A stretch of 64,000 nucleotides of DNA, taken from NCBI GenBank assembly GCA_903825245.1, contig CAIJZX010000028.1, forward strand, positions 1,106 to 65,105, in the 5' to 3' direction. Positions within the stretch are counted from its first letter, which is position 1. The number at the start of each line of letters is the position of its first letter. The notes below the pieces were generated by a model that was not told the origin of the DNA, ran no database searches, and worked only from the letters and a program-made list of their open reading frames with translations. The position numbers and the translations under genes are program-made. The DNA is from Candidatus Kerfeldbacteria bacterium (GTDB lineage Bacteria > Patescibacteriota > Patescibacteriia > SBBC01 > CAIJZX01). Shown one piece after another: positions 41,663 through 52,032 of this stretch.

Positions 41663-42433
41663 GTGATTCCCATGAACGCCAAGACGGTCGGTGAGTGGGG
41701 ATGTAATTCCTTCACTGTCGTGGAGGGCTTAGGCTTGTTTTCGCAGATTCGTAAGATCTGGCAGAAACGATCCGGAGCATCGGTGTCAGTCGGAATGTCG
41801 TTGTTCCTAATGGCGCTGTCCATTTCGGCGATTACTTACGGCTGGCCGAACCAGATGTGGCCGCTCGTCATCAACGGTGCGGTGCTCGGACTGGGTTTCG
41901 GCGTAATCGCCCTCAGTCTGCGGAAGTTCAAGGGCTACAATCGGCGGGAAGAAGAATTTTTCTTTGCGCTGTTGTTATCTCTGCTGTCGATGCTCCTTTC
42001 ACATCACCTTGATCGGTGGTACTTCGTCTTCAGTGTCGGTTCGGTCGTTGCGCTTCTGCTACAGCCGATCGAGATCTGGAAGCGGAAGAGTTCCGGCGTG
42101 GTCGATGTTCGACTGCTTTGGCTCTTCCTCGCCAGTAATACGTTCTGGGTAATCTACGCGTACGCTATCCAGAATTGGGTGCTGATGGCGCTCTGCCCGT
42201 TTTACGTGGCGGTGTTGATCCTGACCATCGTGATGTGGCGGATCTATCGTCCGCGAGCCGTTCCGGAAATCTTTGACATCGACACGTCATGTCCGGCGAT
42301 GACCGACGACGGACAGGAATACTACTGTGTCGATTGCGATCATCCACTAGTTCGGACAGAAGGTGGTCGTCTCTTCTGCGCCACCTGCAACTACCAACCG
42401 TCGAAGCAGGACGTCTACCTGGTGAGGAGGTGA
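41663..42433 (+). CDS. PQ-loop/SWEET-like transporter with a C-terminal zinc ribbon
   Basis: Two repeats (SQIRKIWQKRSGASVS, LQPIEIWKRKSSGVVD); CxxC…CxxC tail; AGGAGG SD; own TTGACA promoter. Confidence 0.7.
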   Translation: MIPMNAKTVGEWGCNSFTVVEGLGLFSQIRKIWQKRSGASVSVGMSLFLMALSISAITYGWPNQMWPLVINGAVLGLGFGVIALSLRKFKGYNRREEEFFFALLLSLLSMLLSHHLDRWYFVFSVGSVVALLLQPIEIWKRKSSGVVDVRLLWLFLASNTFWVIYAYAIQNWVLMALCPFYVAVLILTIVMWRIYRPRAVPEIFDIDTSCPAMTDDGQEYYCVDCDHPLVRTEGGRLFCATCNYQPSKQDVYLVRR

Positions 42434-42440
42434 ACGAACA

Positions 42441-42728
42441 ATGCACGAGGAAGAATTCCTCGGTGATCCGACACAATTCAGCGATGTCGATTGGCAACAG
42501 CTGGCCGATGTCGTGAAAGAGCACGGCGAGGTGACGATCTACTTCGTCGTCGGTATGCCGCCGCTTGGCCATGAGTACAGTCGACGCGTCGACGCTATGA
42601 CCAGCGCGCTTCGCATGAATCTCAACCGCCTCATCGAGGGCACCGTACTCGTGGCCGAAGCCACGCGAGACGGCGGGCCCAACGCGCATGTCGGTTACGA
42701 CATCGAGGTACAGCACCTTAACGAGTGA
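42441..42728 (+). CDS. hypothetical acidic protein
   Basis: GGAGG SD; terminator after the stop. Confidence 0.55.
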   Translation: MHEEEFLGDPTQFSDVDWQQLADVVKEHGEVTIYFVVGMPPLGHEYSRRVDAMTSALRMNLNRLIEGTVLVAEATRDGGPNAHVGYDIEVQHLNE

Positions 42729-42806
42729 GTCAGCACTGACCACTCGTTTTTTCTTATCTCCACACCAATTGGCGAGGGGAATTGACAGAAGTAAATACTT
42801 GATATA

Positions 42807-42824
42807 TACTTGAGTAGTCAAGTA
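42807..42824 (+). promoter_or_regulatory. probable MarR operator
   Basis: TACTTGA-GTAG-TCAAGTA overlapping a TTGACA-N17-TATACT promoter. Confidence 0.7.
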
Positions 42825-42836
42825 ATTAATATCTCT

Positions 42837-43268
42837 ATGCACAAACTCTCGCCATCAACATCATTTTTCATTCAACTAGCGAAGTCGCAAGCCATACTGT
42901 CGTATCGTTTTGACCGCGCCCTCGGCGGTCTTGGGTTTACTGAGTTCCTTATTCTTCTTCAACTCGATCAGGCGCCCGGTGGTCAACTAAGCCGCATTGC
43001 CCTGGCTGAGAATATCGGTTTAACTGCGTCCGGTATTACTCGCGTTCTTTTACCGATGGCGAAAGTCCACCTGGTGAAAGACGGGAAAGCGTCGGATGAC
43101 GCGCGGGTTCGGAGTGTGGAAGCGACTGCCGCTGGTAAACAAAAACTTGCCGATGAAATTGCGCGATTGAAATTTTTGACTGATGACCTGGTGCTAAAGA
43201 ATACGCACAAAGAGCTCGAGCGCATCGCCGATGTGCTTCGCGACATTGCCGGCCGGGCGAAGACATAG
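42837..43268 (+). CDS. MarR-family regulator
   Basis: LAENIGLTASGITR, DAR, TAAGK. Confidence 0.88.
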   Translation: MHKLSPSTSFFIQLAKSQAILSYRFDRALGGLGFTEFLILLQLDQAPGGQLSRIALAENIGLTASGITRVLLPMAKVHLVKDGKASDDARVRSVEATAAGKQKLADEIARLKFLTDDLVLKNTHKELERIADVLRDIAGRAKT

Positions 43269-43354
43269 CGCATCTAGACGACCAGGGCAAAGGTATGGTA
43301 GGTTTTTTACATCGTCCTTTGTTGCTTGCCCAGGTCGTTACCGAGGAGGGAGTC

Positions 43355-43501
43355 ATGAAGTGTGCCTACTGTCCCACCCAGGACGAAGAGCTTCACTGGC
43401 CGACCAATACGGAAACCGGTAAACGCGAACCCGTCTGTGCCGCCTGCCTCATCACGGCACCGCCCGGCAAGTTCGATGTTGCCGTTTCTCACGCCGCCTA
43501 G
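43355..43501 (+). CDS. 48-aa CxxC…CxxC protein
   Basis: Strong SD; CAYC…CAAC; terminator. Confidence 0.55.
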   Translation: MKCAYCPTQDEELHWPTNTETGKREPVCAACLITAPPGKFDVAVSHAA

Positions 43502-43654
43502 CACCACCAGGCGGTTTTTTATTTTCTCACAGCTAGGGATTGACAAAAAGTCATTCCCGTGCTAGTTTTTCCCGTTCCGTTAGCACCCAACTAAGCGATA
43601 GCGTTCATTACAACTTTGCTCGACAAAACGACAAACCCCTACTCCGGAGGAATC

Positions 43655-44683
43655 ATGAAGATCGCACACTTGCTACTCTGTCTCGCCGTCCTGCTGTGTG
43701 TCCCGTTCGTCGCGTCTGCGCAGATCAACTCGTACTTCCACTTGGCTGGACCGCCTGGGGAGCCTGTTTCCGGTGGGCAGGATATTGTTTTAACGCCTGC
43801 CGACGGTACGTTCCAAGTCAACCACGACCCCACGACCAATCAACTCCAGTTAGTGTGCTACACCCCGACACGTAGCCAGGATTGGCAGTTGTTGATCATG
43901 AACGCCAGAGAAACTCGCCTACAGGTAGGAACCTATAACAACACTAAGGCCCCTACCTGTGACGATCGGGCGCACCCGCTTCTCTACATCTTCGGTAGTG
44001 GTGAAGTAGGCGGTGAATCAGGTGGTTGTCCGACTGGAGCATTCATTGTACACCAGGTCAGCTATGCTCCGAACGGCGATGTGCTCACACTGTGGGTAAC
44101 ATTTACTCAGACCACCCATGGCGGGCACGGCTCACTGGTTGGTGAACTGGTGTTTAACCTCGACCATCAGGTTACGCCCCTTCCCGTTGCGCCACCAAAT
44201 CTGAACAGTTTTACGATGACTAGCGATCCAGGGGATTTCGTTGGACAGGGCGTGCAGTACTCTTTCACTCCCGCCTATGGCTCAGGTAGTTCCTGGCGCC
44301 TAGATCGCAGTAATGGAGTACAGTTTGGTTATCGTCCTTCGACGACGACTGACTTCTGGAGTGTCTTAATCAATACTCCATCCAGCATTCCTCTAACGAC
44401 CGGAGCATACACGAACATCCCGCGGACGAGCGATGCAACCCACTACGGTTTCAGTGTCTCCGGTGAATATCGTGCTTGTGGCTTGTCGATAAGTAACATC
44501 GACGTCCGGTATATGCAATATGATGCCGAGGGTTACCCGCTGTCACTTTGGCTGACCTTCGACCAGTTTTGCAGTGGTGCGACAGCCGGACTTCACGGTG
44601 AGTTGAAGTTCAACGTGCCGCCAAATCTTCCGGTCCCGATTCGACGCACGAGTTGGGGTTATCTGAAGTCGATGTACCGGTAG
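43655..44683 (+). CDS. secreted protein with a duplicated beta-rich domain and an SWGxLKxxYR tail
   Basis: Signal peptide; two repeats ending GEL.FN; own promoter, SD and terminator. Confidence 0.75.
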   Translation: MKIAHLLLCLAVLLCVPFVASAQINSYFHLAGPPGEPVSGGQDIVLTPADGTFQVNHDPTTNQLQLVCYTPTRSQDWQLLIMNARETRLQVGTYNNTKAPTCDDRAHPLLYIFGSGEVGGESGGCPTGAFIVHQVSYAPNGDVLTLWVTFTQTTHGGHGSLVGELVFNLDHQVTPLPVAPPNLNSFTMTSDPGDFVGQGVQYSFTPAYGSGSSWRLDRSNGVQFGYRPSTTTDFWSVLINTPSSIPLTTGAYTNIPRTSDATHYGFSVSGEYRACGLSISNIDVRYMQYDAEGYPLSLWLTFDQFCSGATAGLHGELKFNVPPNLPVPIRRTSWGYLKSMYR

Positions 44684-44776
44684 TTGTCCTCAGCGATAAT
44701 GATGTAGCGCCCACGATGAAATATTTCGTGGGCTTTTTCTTTACGTTGCTAACACCTTTTGTGATATACTATAGCT

Positions 44777-45676
44777 ATGCCGGAACCAGTCGTTTCTATC
44801 AAGAATTTCACAAAAACGTTTGGGAATAATCAGGTCGTGAAGGACTTGTCATTTGACGTCTATCAAGGCGAAACATTTGCCTTTTTAGGTGCGAACGGTT
44901 CTGGTAAGACAACGACCATCCGTTGTTTGCTTGATATTCTCCAACCGACCAGCGGCGAACTTCTGATTCACGGCCAACGGTATAGCGTTGCCATGGCCAA
45001 GGATCTCGGGTATATGCCGGAGGAACGGGGATTGTATGTTGACGCGAATGTACTCGAGACGATGGTGTACTTCGGGACACTGAAGGGCGTCAACCCGATG
45101 GCGGCGAAACAATGGTCTATTGATTATCTGCAGCGCGTTGGTCTTGGTGACAAGATTAACCAGAAGATAAAAACCATGTCGTCGGGGCAACAACAGAAGA
45201 TTCAACTTGGCATTACTATCATTAATAAACCAGCACTACTAATTCTTGATGAACCGACGAAAGGCCTCGATCCGCTGAATCGCGAAGTATTGTTGTCCTC
45301 GTTAGAGGAAATGCGGAAAAACGGATCGACCATTATTTTTATTACTCACCAAATGGATGAAGTGGAGAAGTTAGCCGACCGACTGATCATGATCAAGGAT
45401 GGGAAGCGGGTGTTGTATGGGGAATTACAGGATGTTCGTGAAAGTTTTGGCGAAAATCGCGTACATGTTGAATTTGATGGTTTGTTTCCGGTCAACGAGA
45501 AACTGTATCGCATCGTCACGGCGGAAAATAATGTAGCGGAACTTGTGCCGGTCGATGGGGTAAAAGCCCCAGCCATATTCAAATACCTCGCCGGGTCGGA
45601 TATTGAAATTACGAAGTTTGACTTAGCCCTGCCGTCGCTGCAAGAAATGTTTGTGGCTATTCAACAACGTCCATGA
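44777..45676 (+). CDS. ABC-2 type ATP-binding protein
   Basis: GANGSGKTT, MSSGQQQ, LDEPT. Confidence 0.93.
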   Translation: MPEPVVSIKNFTKTFGNNQVVKDLSFDVYQGETFAFLGANGSGKTTTIRCLLDILQPTSGELLIHGQRYSVAMAKDLGYMPEERGLYVDANVLETMVYFGTLKGVNPMAAKQWSIDYLQRVGLGDKINQKIKTMSSGQQQKIQLGITIINKPALLILDEPTKGLDPLNREVLLSSLEEMRKNGSTIIFITHQMDEVEKLADRLIMIKDGKRVLYGELQDVRESFGENRVHVEFDGLFPVNEKLYRIVTAENNVAELVPVDGVKAPAIFKYLAGSDIEITKFDLALPSLQEMFVAIQQRP

Positions 45677-46260
45677 GCTTGAAACTCTTATTCGGCATAA
45701 TCGCGACTATCCTAGCAATAGTTTGTTTTCTGCCATATCTGAGAGATATTGTTGCCAAGAAAACTACGCCGCATATTTACTCGTGGCTTGTTTGGAGTAT
45801 CCTCCAAACAGTTGGGGTAATCGCAATTTTTCAAGGTGGCGGACAGTTCGGATCTTTAGGTTTGGCAGTTGGTTTACTTTTCTGTATCAGCATATTCTTA
45901 TTATCGTTTAAATACGGAACTAAAAACATTACAAAATTTGATACCCTCTGCCTGATTGGCTCAATGATCGCCATAGTGATCTGGTTAATACAGCGTGACC
46001 ACACGCTTTCCGTTATTCTGATCACAATAATAGACTTCGTTGCCTTTCTTCCGACCTATCGCAAAGGGTATGCCGAGCCGCGAAGTGAGACTTCCACCAC
46101 GTACCTCCTGAGCGCAATTTCAAATGTTTTTGCATTGTTAGCACTAGCTCAGTATTCCTTGACTACTTCTTTGTATATAGTCAGCCTGGTGGCATCGAAC
46201 AGTGGCATAGTATTGATTCTTCTTATTCGCCGAAAAACTTTACGTGTGCACCATGCGTAA
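45673..46260 (+). CDS. membrane protein (PQ-loop-like) lying within the ABC operon
   Basis: LPYLRDI…PH..SW; FLPTYRK..AEP.SE. Confidence 0.75.
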   Translation: MSLKLLFGIIATILAIVCFLPYLRDIVAKKTTPHIYSWLVWSILQTVGVIAIFQGGGQFGSLGLAVGLLFCISIFLLSFKYGTKNITKFDTLCLIGSMIAIVIWLIQRDHTLSVILITIIDFVAFLPTYRKGYAEPRSETSTTYLLSAISNVFALLALAQYSLTTSLYIVSLVASNSGIVLILLIRRKTLRVHHA

Positions 46261-47467
46261 TCCTCTACTCCTCATCGCCAAGCGTGAGTATTTAAAGGTC
46301 GTTCGTAAGAAATCATTTTGGGTGATCATATTATTGATTCCGACATTTACCGCCATCGTCTCGGTCATTTCCGGTAATTCAGCTAACACGATTCAAAAGC
46401 ACATTGAACAGCAAGTCAAAGGTGCCAAGCGGATTATCATTGTAGATAAGTCGGGCTTAATTGCTCCAGCTTTCATAAAAACACCACTGGAGGCGATGGC
46501 TGATGCCCAAGCGGCACAAACGGCTGTACAACAGGGGAAAGCGGACGCGGCCTTAGTCTATCCGGCGGACATCGCCAGCTCGCACGTGATGCAATCGTAT
46601 GTCGTCGATACCGGCCTGATTAGCCGCGGTCGTTTTGATGCACTGGGGCAATCACTGTTACAGCAGAGTATTTTGGCGAAACTGCCAAATCCGAGTGATG
46701 CGGCGCTGATTGCCACGCCGCCGAAAGTACAAGCCACCGTCTATGCCAAGGGGCAAAAAATCATCACGTCGATTGAAGCCTACATTCTGCCGATTCTCGC
46801 GGTGGTTATTTATTTTCTGCTGACCGTGACCTCGGTGAACTACATGCTGATGGCTATGTCCGAGGAAAAGGAGAATCGCATGATCGAAACGATTCGTTCG
46901 ATGGTCACGCCGCAACAACTGATCTGGGGAAAGTTGTTAGCTATGATCGGTTTAGCCTTCACTCAGGTGATGACCCTAGCAATCTACGGCGTGATTGCCT
47001 ACCAAGTTTCGACGAAAATTTTACCAGTTCATATCGACTGGTCGCTTGTGCATTTTGGTGTGTGGCAATTGATCTTGACGATCTACTTTATTGTTTCCGG
47101 TTTTGCGGTCATGGCGGCGATGATGGTCGGGATCGGCGCGGCTATGCCGAGCTACCGCGATGCGCAACAAGTTTCGCCGTTGTTCCTCCTGACCTCAATT
47201 CTGCCGATCTACTTTTTCTCGATCTTGCTTGCCGATCCAAGTGGTTCGGTGGCACGGATTACAAGTTACGTGCCGTTCATGTCGCCGTTAGTACTGACGT
47301 TCCGTGCGTCGGTCGGCGCCTTGCCGGTGATCGAACAAATCATCGGGATTATTGTTTCGGCGCTCTATGTCGTCATCAGTTTCTATGTGGCCTTCAAATT
47401 ATTTGAAGTCGGGAGTCTTGAATTCGGGAAGAAAGTTAGCCTGAAGAACATCTTGAGACGATCGTAG
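46253..47467 (+). CDS. ABC-2 type permease (NatB/YhaP-like)
   Basis: IAKREY, EEKENRMIE, GK. Confidence 0.9.
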   Translation: MRNPLLLIAKREYLKVVRKKSFWVIILLIPTFTAIVSVISGNSANTIQKHIEQQVKGAKRIIIVDKSGLIAPAFIKTPLEAMADAQAAQTAVQQGKADAALVYPADIASSHVMQSYVVDTGLISRGRFDALGQSLLQQSILAKLPNPSDAALIATPPKVQATVYAKGQKIITSIEAYILPILAVVIYFLLTVTSVNYMLMAMSEEKENRMIETIRSMVTPQQLIWGKLLAMIGLAFTQVMTLAIYGVIAYQVSTKILPVHIDWSLVHFGVWQLILTIYFIVSGFAVMAAMMVGIGAAMPSYRDAQQVSPLFLLTSILPIYFFSILLADPSGSVARITSYVPFMSPLVLTFRASVGALPVIEQIIGIIVSALYVVISFYVAFKLFEVGSLEFGKKVSLKNILRRS

Positions 47468-47689
47468 TTCCGGTAATACTGTGTTTCACCGAATCTGCTC
47501 AACGCAGGCGGGATTAGTGCTGTTGTTGCTACGCGAGTAATGGTGGGCGGAGGTAGGGGTTGACAAAATACCTATTTTGCGCTACAGTGTTCGGTCTCTT
47601 TCGCAAATCGCGATCGGGACGATACCACTTCACTCGCCCGCTCATGACCGGCAAGATCCGGCAGAGGATACACGGGCAGGAGGTACATC

Positions 47690-48142
47690 ATGAGTATTCA
47701 CGTGTTCTTTGACCCGTCGAAGCTGGACGAAGCCGCCCGAGTCGCTATCAGTGATCCTGATAGGAGCCACCTCACGATCACTATCGGCGGTCGACCGGTT
47801 TTGGTCGAAGCTCGCGATGGGGAAGTGTCCACCAAGATCGAACGCGAACGCCAGCTGAACCCCGAAGCCTGGGCTGCGGTCGGCCACGTCTCGATTCGGG
47901 ACACCGTCACCGATTCGAAGATGGTCGCGCAGATGGCGTCCGGCGAATACGACGTCGAGGGCAGTTCGGCGACGGTGCAGATTTGGGAGAAAGCGCAAAC
48001 TGGTTACGGCATGATCGCGGCAGACATCGAAATCATCGCCCCGACCTGGGCCGCCGCTACCACGCTGCACCGCGACATCCTGTTTGGCAAGTTGCCGGAT
48101 CGTCCGTACGTGCGCACAGTTCTTTCGGTCGACGAGTCGTAA
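47690..48142 (+). CDS. hypothetical protein
   Basis: TTGACA-N17-TACAGT; AGGAGG SD; terminator. Confidence 0.65.
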   Translation: MSIHVFFDPSKLDEAARVAISDPDRSHLTITIGGRPVLVEARDGEVSTKIERERQLNPEAWAAVGHVSIRDTVTDSKMVAQMASGEYDVEGSSATVQIWEKAQTGYGMIAADIEIIAPTWAAATTLHRDILFGKLPDRPYVRTVLSVDES

Positions 48143-48339
48143 AGCATTTTGCCGGCCGCTGCTATCCACGCTTTTGCGAGGATGACAGTGGCCGGTTCTT
48201 CATTTCTTTTGATTGCTCGGCGCGCCTCTGTGTGCTCGTCTCAGCGTAAACCGGGCGTTTTGATTTTGTTGAAAAAAGCGCTACAATAGAGCAGCTAGAT
48301 AATCTTGATGAAATGGGTTCCGTTACGGAAATAATACAC

Positions 48340-50703
48340 ATGAACGACACGACAACCAATACAAAGATTTCGCAACGAACGAGAGTCGTCGCCCTTGGTC
48401 TCATCGCCGCAGGCACTATTTTTGCTGCCGCGGCAATTATCTTCGGTTTCTCCAAGTCGTCATCAAACACCAGCACCACGGAAATTCGCCTCAGTGGTGT
48501 CGTTCGCGACGTGGTTATCGACACCATCGATCGACCGTCGGGTGACCAATATTACCTGGAGACGCCCGATGGACAGCACATTCTCCTTTCTCTGCCTACG
48601 ACCCTGCCAGCCCCCGGTAGTGGCGACAACATCACCGTTACCGGTAGCCGACATGGCGACACGTTCTCCGTCACGTCCGTCATGCCAACGAACAACACAA
48701 CCGCGGAAGTTCACGCAGCGTCCTTGGGTTCAGTCAGTGCACTATCGGCCACGCCGACCGAGTACCATGTTCTCGTCGTGATGGGTTATTATTCCGGGCA
48801 AGCCGTTCCAACGACGCCGACTCAGAGCGATGTACAGACGGTCATGTTTGGTTCTTCGCCGAGTGTGGCTGACTTCTATCAGGACAATTCGTTCGGCCAT
48901 GTGCACGTGACGGGAATCGTCACGCCGTGGATTCCCGTGACCGGCTCGGAGTCGGGGAACATTAATACTTCGGCGAGCATGGCTCTCCAGGCGGCAAAAA
49001 CCGCGGATCCGACGCTCGACTTAAAACAGTTCCAACACGTCGTTTTCATCTCACCCTATACGAGTAATACACTTCCGGACGCCTATTCGGTCGTCGGACC
49101 GCTATCGGTATCGTCTCCGGACGGCCCGCTCACTATCTCGGTAGAGATGGTGCGCTCGACCATCAATCAACTTCCGCGGACGACACTCCTGCTACCATAT
49201 ATCCTCATCCACGAGTTCGGCCATGGACTCGGCCTCGGTCACGCCGGATTACTCGGTTGCACCGACGTCCCGATTGCAACGACATGCCGGGTCATGGAAT
49301 ACGCGGATCGGTTCGATGTCATGGGTGGTGCCTACGAGCTTTCGTACGCCGAGGATTTGAATGCAGCACACCTCGACAAACTCGGCTGGCTCGATTCCTC
49401 CAACCTGCAGCTCGTCGATGTGAATCCCGGACAGGGCGGCACGTATACCCTCGAGCCGATCGAGAATCGGACGACCGGTCTTAAGGCACTCAAGATACCG
49501 CGTGGTAACGACGATTACTTCTACGTCGAATACCGTCAGCCGATCGGGTACGATACAGCTATCGACGATCCGCTACTGTTCACCGGTGCACTTCTGCATG
49601 TGTTGAATTTTGGCAGTTATCCTAACTCGCTTGGTTCCGATACGCTGGTTATTGATCCGAACCAACATCCTTCGGCTTTCAAGAATGACAGCCTGAAAGT
49701 TGGGTCATCGCTTACCGATCCGATTACCGGTGTCGTTATCACGACTACCGCGCAGGATGCGAACGGCGTTACCGTCCGCGTCGACCCGGCCACGAAACCG
49801 ATTGTCACTGACCTTCCGCCTACCGTTACGATCACCGCCCCGCAAAGCGGTTCGACCGTCACTTCCCCCGTCACCTTTTCGGCAACTATCGACGATGACC
49901 ACGGCGTCTCGACATCGCGATTTTACGTCGATTGTCCGGCGACAAGCTCCCTCGCGTCGTGCTCGTATACGTACCAAGGGTATCCGTATCAGATGAGCAA
50001 GGTGCTCGCGACCGGCGCGCACTCTATTCAAGTTACCGCCGACGACTACACCGGTCATCGGACTTCAAGCCCGCGCGTCGTATTCACCGTGGGAACTGCG
50101 CCAGCTACGGTCCCGGCTACTACTGTCACACCGCCGACTGTTCCCCCGCCGACAACCACTATCGCCCCGCCGATTGTTGCGGTGTCCGGTCTCGTCAATG
50201 GGAAGACGGCTGTCGGCCAGAAGACCACGCTCGTCGTCAAGGGCACAACAAGTACGATCTCTTCGGCAGTATTGAAGGTCGATGGAAAAAATGTCTATAA
50301 GCGGACGACTGCTCCATTCTCCTTCTATGTCGATTCGCCCGCCTATCCAAATGGTGCCCATACCGTCAGCCTTGTTGTCACCCAGACGAATGGTGTTATC
50401 ACGACAAAGAACGTTACGGTAGTCACCAGCAACTCGTTATCGGTGTCGATTAGTGCACCCGCCAAGAACGCGAAGGTGAAAAAGTCTGTGATCATTAGCC
50501 CGACGGTCCGCGGTGGCTATGGCACGAAAAGCATCGCCTATACGCTCGATGGAAAAAAACTCGCCACGACAACGAAAACACCATTTAGTTATTCATGGAA
50601 TACAACCAAAACGAAAATCGGCACGCATACGATCACGGTCAAGGTCACGGACAAGAAGGGCAAGACGGCATCCGCATCCGTCAAGGTTAAAGTGACGCGT
50701 TAA
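48340..50703 (+). CDS. membrane-anchored metallopeptidase (M6/M11-like) with Ig-like domains
   Basis: HEFGHGLGLGH, EYADRFDVMG Met-turn; C-terminal Ig-like repeats. Confidence 0.85.
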   Translation: MNDTTTNTKISQRTRVVALGLIAAGTIFAAAAIIFGFSKSSSNTSTTEIRLSGVVRDVVIDTIDRPSGDQYYLETPDGQHILLSLPTTLPAPGSGDNITVTGSRHGDTFSVTSVMPTNNTTAEVHAASLGSVSALSATPTEYHVLVVMGYYSGQAVPTTPTQSDVQTVMFGSSPSVADFYQDNSFGHVHVTGIVTPWIPVTGSESGNINTSASMALQAAKTADPTLDLKQFQHVVFISPYTSNTLPDAYSVVGPLSVSSPDGPLTISVEMVRSTINQLPRTTLLLPYILIHEFGHGLGLGHAGLLGCTDVPIATTCRVMEYADRFDVMGGAYELSYAEDLNAAHLDKLGWLDSSNLQLVDVNPGQGGTYTLEPIENRTTGLKALKIPRGNDDYFYVEYRQPIGYDTAIDDPLLFTGALLHVLNFGSYPNSLGSDTLVIDPNQHPSAFKNDSLKVGSSLTDPITGVVITTTAQDANGVTVRVDPATKPIVTDLPPTVTITAPQSGSTVTSPVTFSATIDDDHGVSTSRFYVDCPATSSLASCSYTYQGYPYQMSKVLATGAHSIQVTADDYTGHRTSSPRVVFTVGTAPATVPATTVTPPTVPPPTTTIAPPIVAVSGLVNGKTAVGQKTTLVVKGTTSTISSAVLKVDGKNVYKRTTAPFSFYVDSPAYPNGAHTVSLVVTQTNGVITTKNVTVVTSNSLSVSISAPAKNAKVKKSVIISPTVRGGYGTKSIAYTLDGKKLATTTKTPFSYSWNTTKTKIGTHTITVKVTDKKGKTASASVKVKVTR

Positions 50704-50891
50704 TCCGAGGTTAACCGGATTCGCATCTTACCTCCACAACCTCTCCTGCCTGAGGAGGGGTGGCATTATGCACTAAAGGTGGAGGAGATTTTTGTTTTGG
50801 CATGATGTAAAGGGATTGACAAATTTTCTAAAAGAAGATAACCTCGGCTCACAAAAAACTGCTCGTCGCACTTTTCCAACGGAGGGAGTAC

Positions 50892-51314
50892 ATGACTGAA
50901 TCGGTAGTGGGTAAGATCCGTATTCGGCCGACGGGTAAGAAGTTGTTCTTCGGATGCAACCAGCTCGTCCGCAGTACGTATGGGATCTTTGCCACCTGCG
51001 AGAAGAAAGAGGAAGTGTTTGAAGTGTCCCTCGACATCAGCGTCGCCAAGCGATTTTACAAGGGCATGACGGAAGTACTCGAAGCATATGCGCAGACCCA
51101 TGGCATGGTCTACCGCAATCGCGGTACATGGTGCGGTTCGTACGAGTACACCCTGTCCCAGGAACATGAGCACATCAAGCCCGCTCGACAATCAGTTCGG
51201 GAGCACGTGCTCAACTTGATCAAGCAAGTGCAAGGCGTGATCATTGTCCAGGGGCGCGGAGAACTCCTGAATAGACGGATCCGAGCCAAGCGCAAGCGTT
51301 ACCAGAACGGCTAG
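50892..51314 (+). CDS. hypothetical protein
   Basis: TTGACA-N17-TAACCT; GGAGG SD; terminator. Confidence 0.6.
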   Translation: MTESVVGKIRIRPTGKKLFFGCNQLVRSTYGIFATCEKKEEVFEVSLDISVAKRFYKGMTEVLEAYAQTHGMVYRNRGTWCGSYEYTLSQEHEHIKPARQSVREHVLNLIKQVQGVIIVQGRGELLNRRIRAKRKRYQNG

Positions 51315-51338
51315 CGGTTATCACCGCCAACATTACTA

Positions 51339-51375
51339 CCCCACCCATTCCTTCGGGAATCGGTGGGGCTTTTTT
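51339..51375 (+). terminator. terminator, near-identical to 52037-52070
   Basis: CCCCAC.CATTCCT.CGGGAATCGGTGGGG followed by a T-run. Confidence 0.75.
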
Positions 51376-51471
51376 CTGTTTGTTGCGCGCGAATATTGAC
51401 AAAGAGACCCATTTGTGATAACTTCTGCTGTTCGTTCTAGGCAGTTCATTCAACAAACCCGGAGGCACACC

Positions 51472-52032
51472 ATGCCCGAACCGAAACAAGGAACCAGTAG
51501 TATCGGCCTACCGATGCATTATTCGGCCGGCGCAGTTATTCAGGATGATCACGGCAGGTATCTGCTGATCGATCGGGTCAAGCCGCCGTTCGGGTGGGCT
51601 GGACCGGCCGGTCATGTCGACGAAGGCGAAGACGCGCTGACGGCGGTCCAGCGCGAAGTGCTCGAGGAAACCGGCCTGACGGTCGTCGAGTCCGAACTGC
51701 TCTTCGCTGAGGAAATCGTCGGCAACTACTGCCGCCGCGGTACCACGATTCATCATTGGTCGCTCTACCGCTGTCGCGTGACGGGCGAACTCAAGACGAA
51801 GCCCGACGAGGTCAAGAGCTTCCGCTGGATTTCGGCGGAGGAACTGACGACGCTCCAGCTCGAGCCGGTCTGGATGTACTGGTTCGACAAACTCGGCATC
51901 TGCAATGTCGACCAGTGTGAAGGGGAGAACATCCTTCGCTGCGCGGAGTGTTCAGCTCCAATCGTCGACGGTTTCTGCCCACGATGCGGATTCGCACCGT
52001 CGGCACAGGATATGTACATCGGTATCAAGTAA
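51472..52032 (+). CDS. NUDIX hydrolase with a C-terminal zinc ribbon
   Basis: AGHVDEGE…REVLEETG; CAEC…CPRC. Confidence 0.88.
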   Translation: MPEPKQGTSSIGLPMHYSAGAVIQDDHGRYLLIDRVKPPFGWAGPAGHVDEGEDALTAVQREVLEETGLTVVESELLFAEEIVGNYCRRGTTIHHWSLYRCRVTGELKTKPDEVKSFRWISAEELTTLQLEPVWMYWFDKLGICNVDQCEGENILRCAECSAPIVDGFCPRCGFAPSAQDMYIGIK

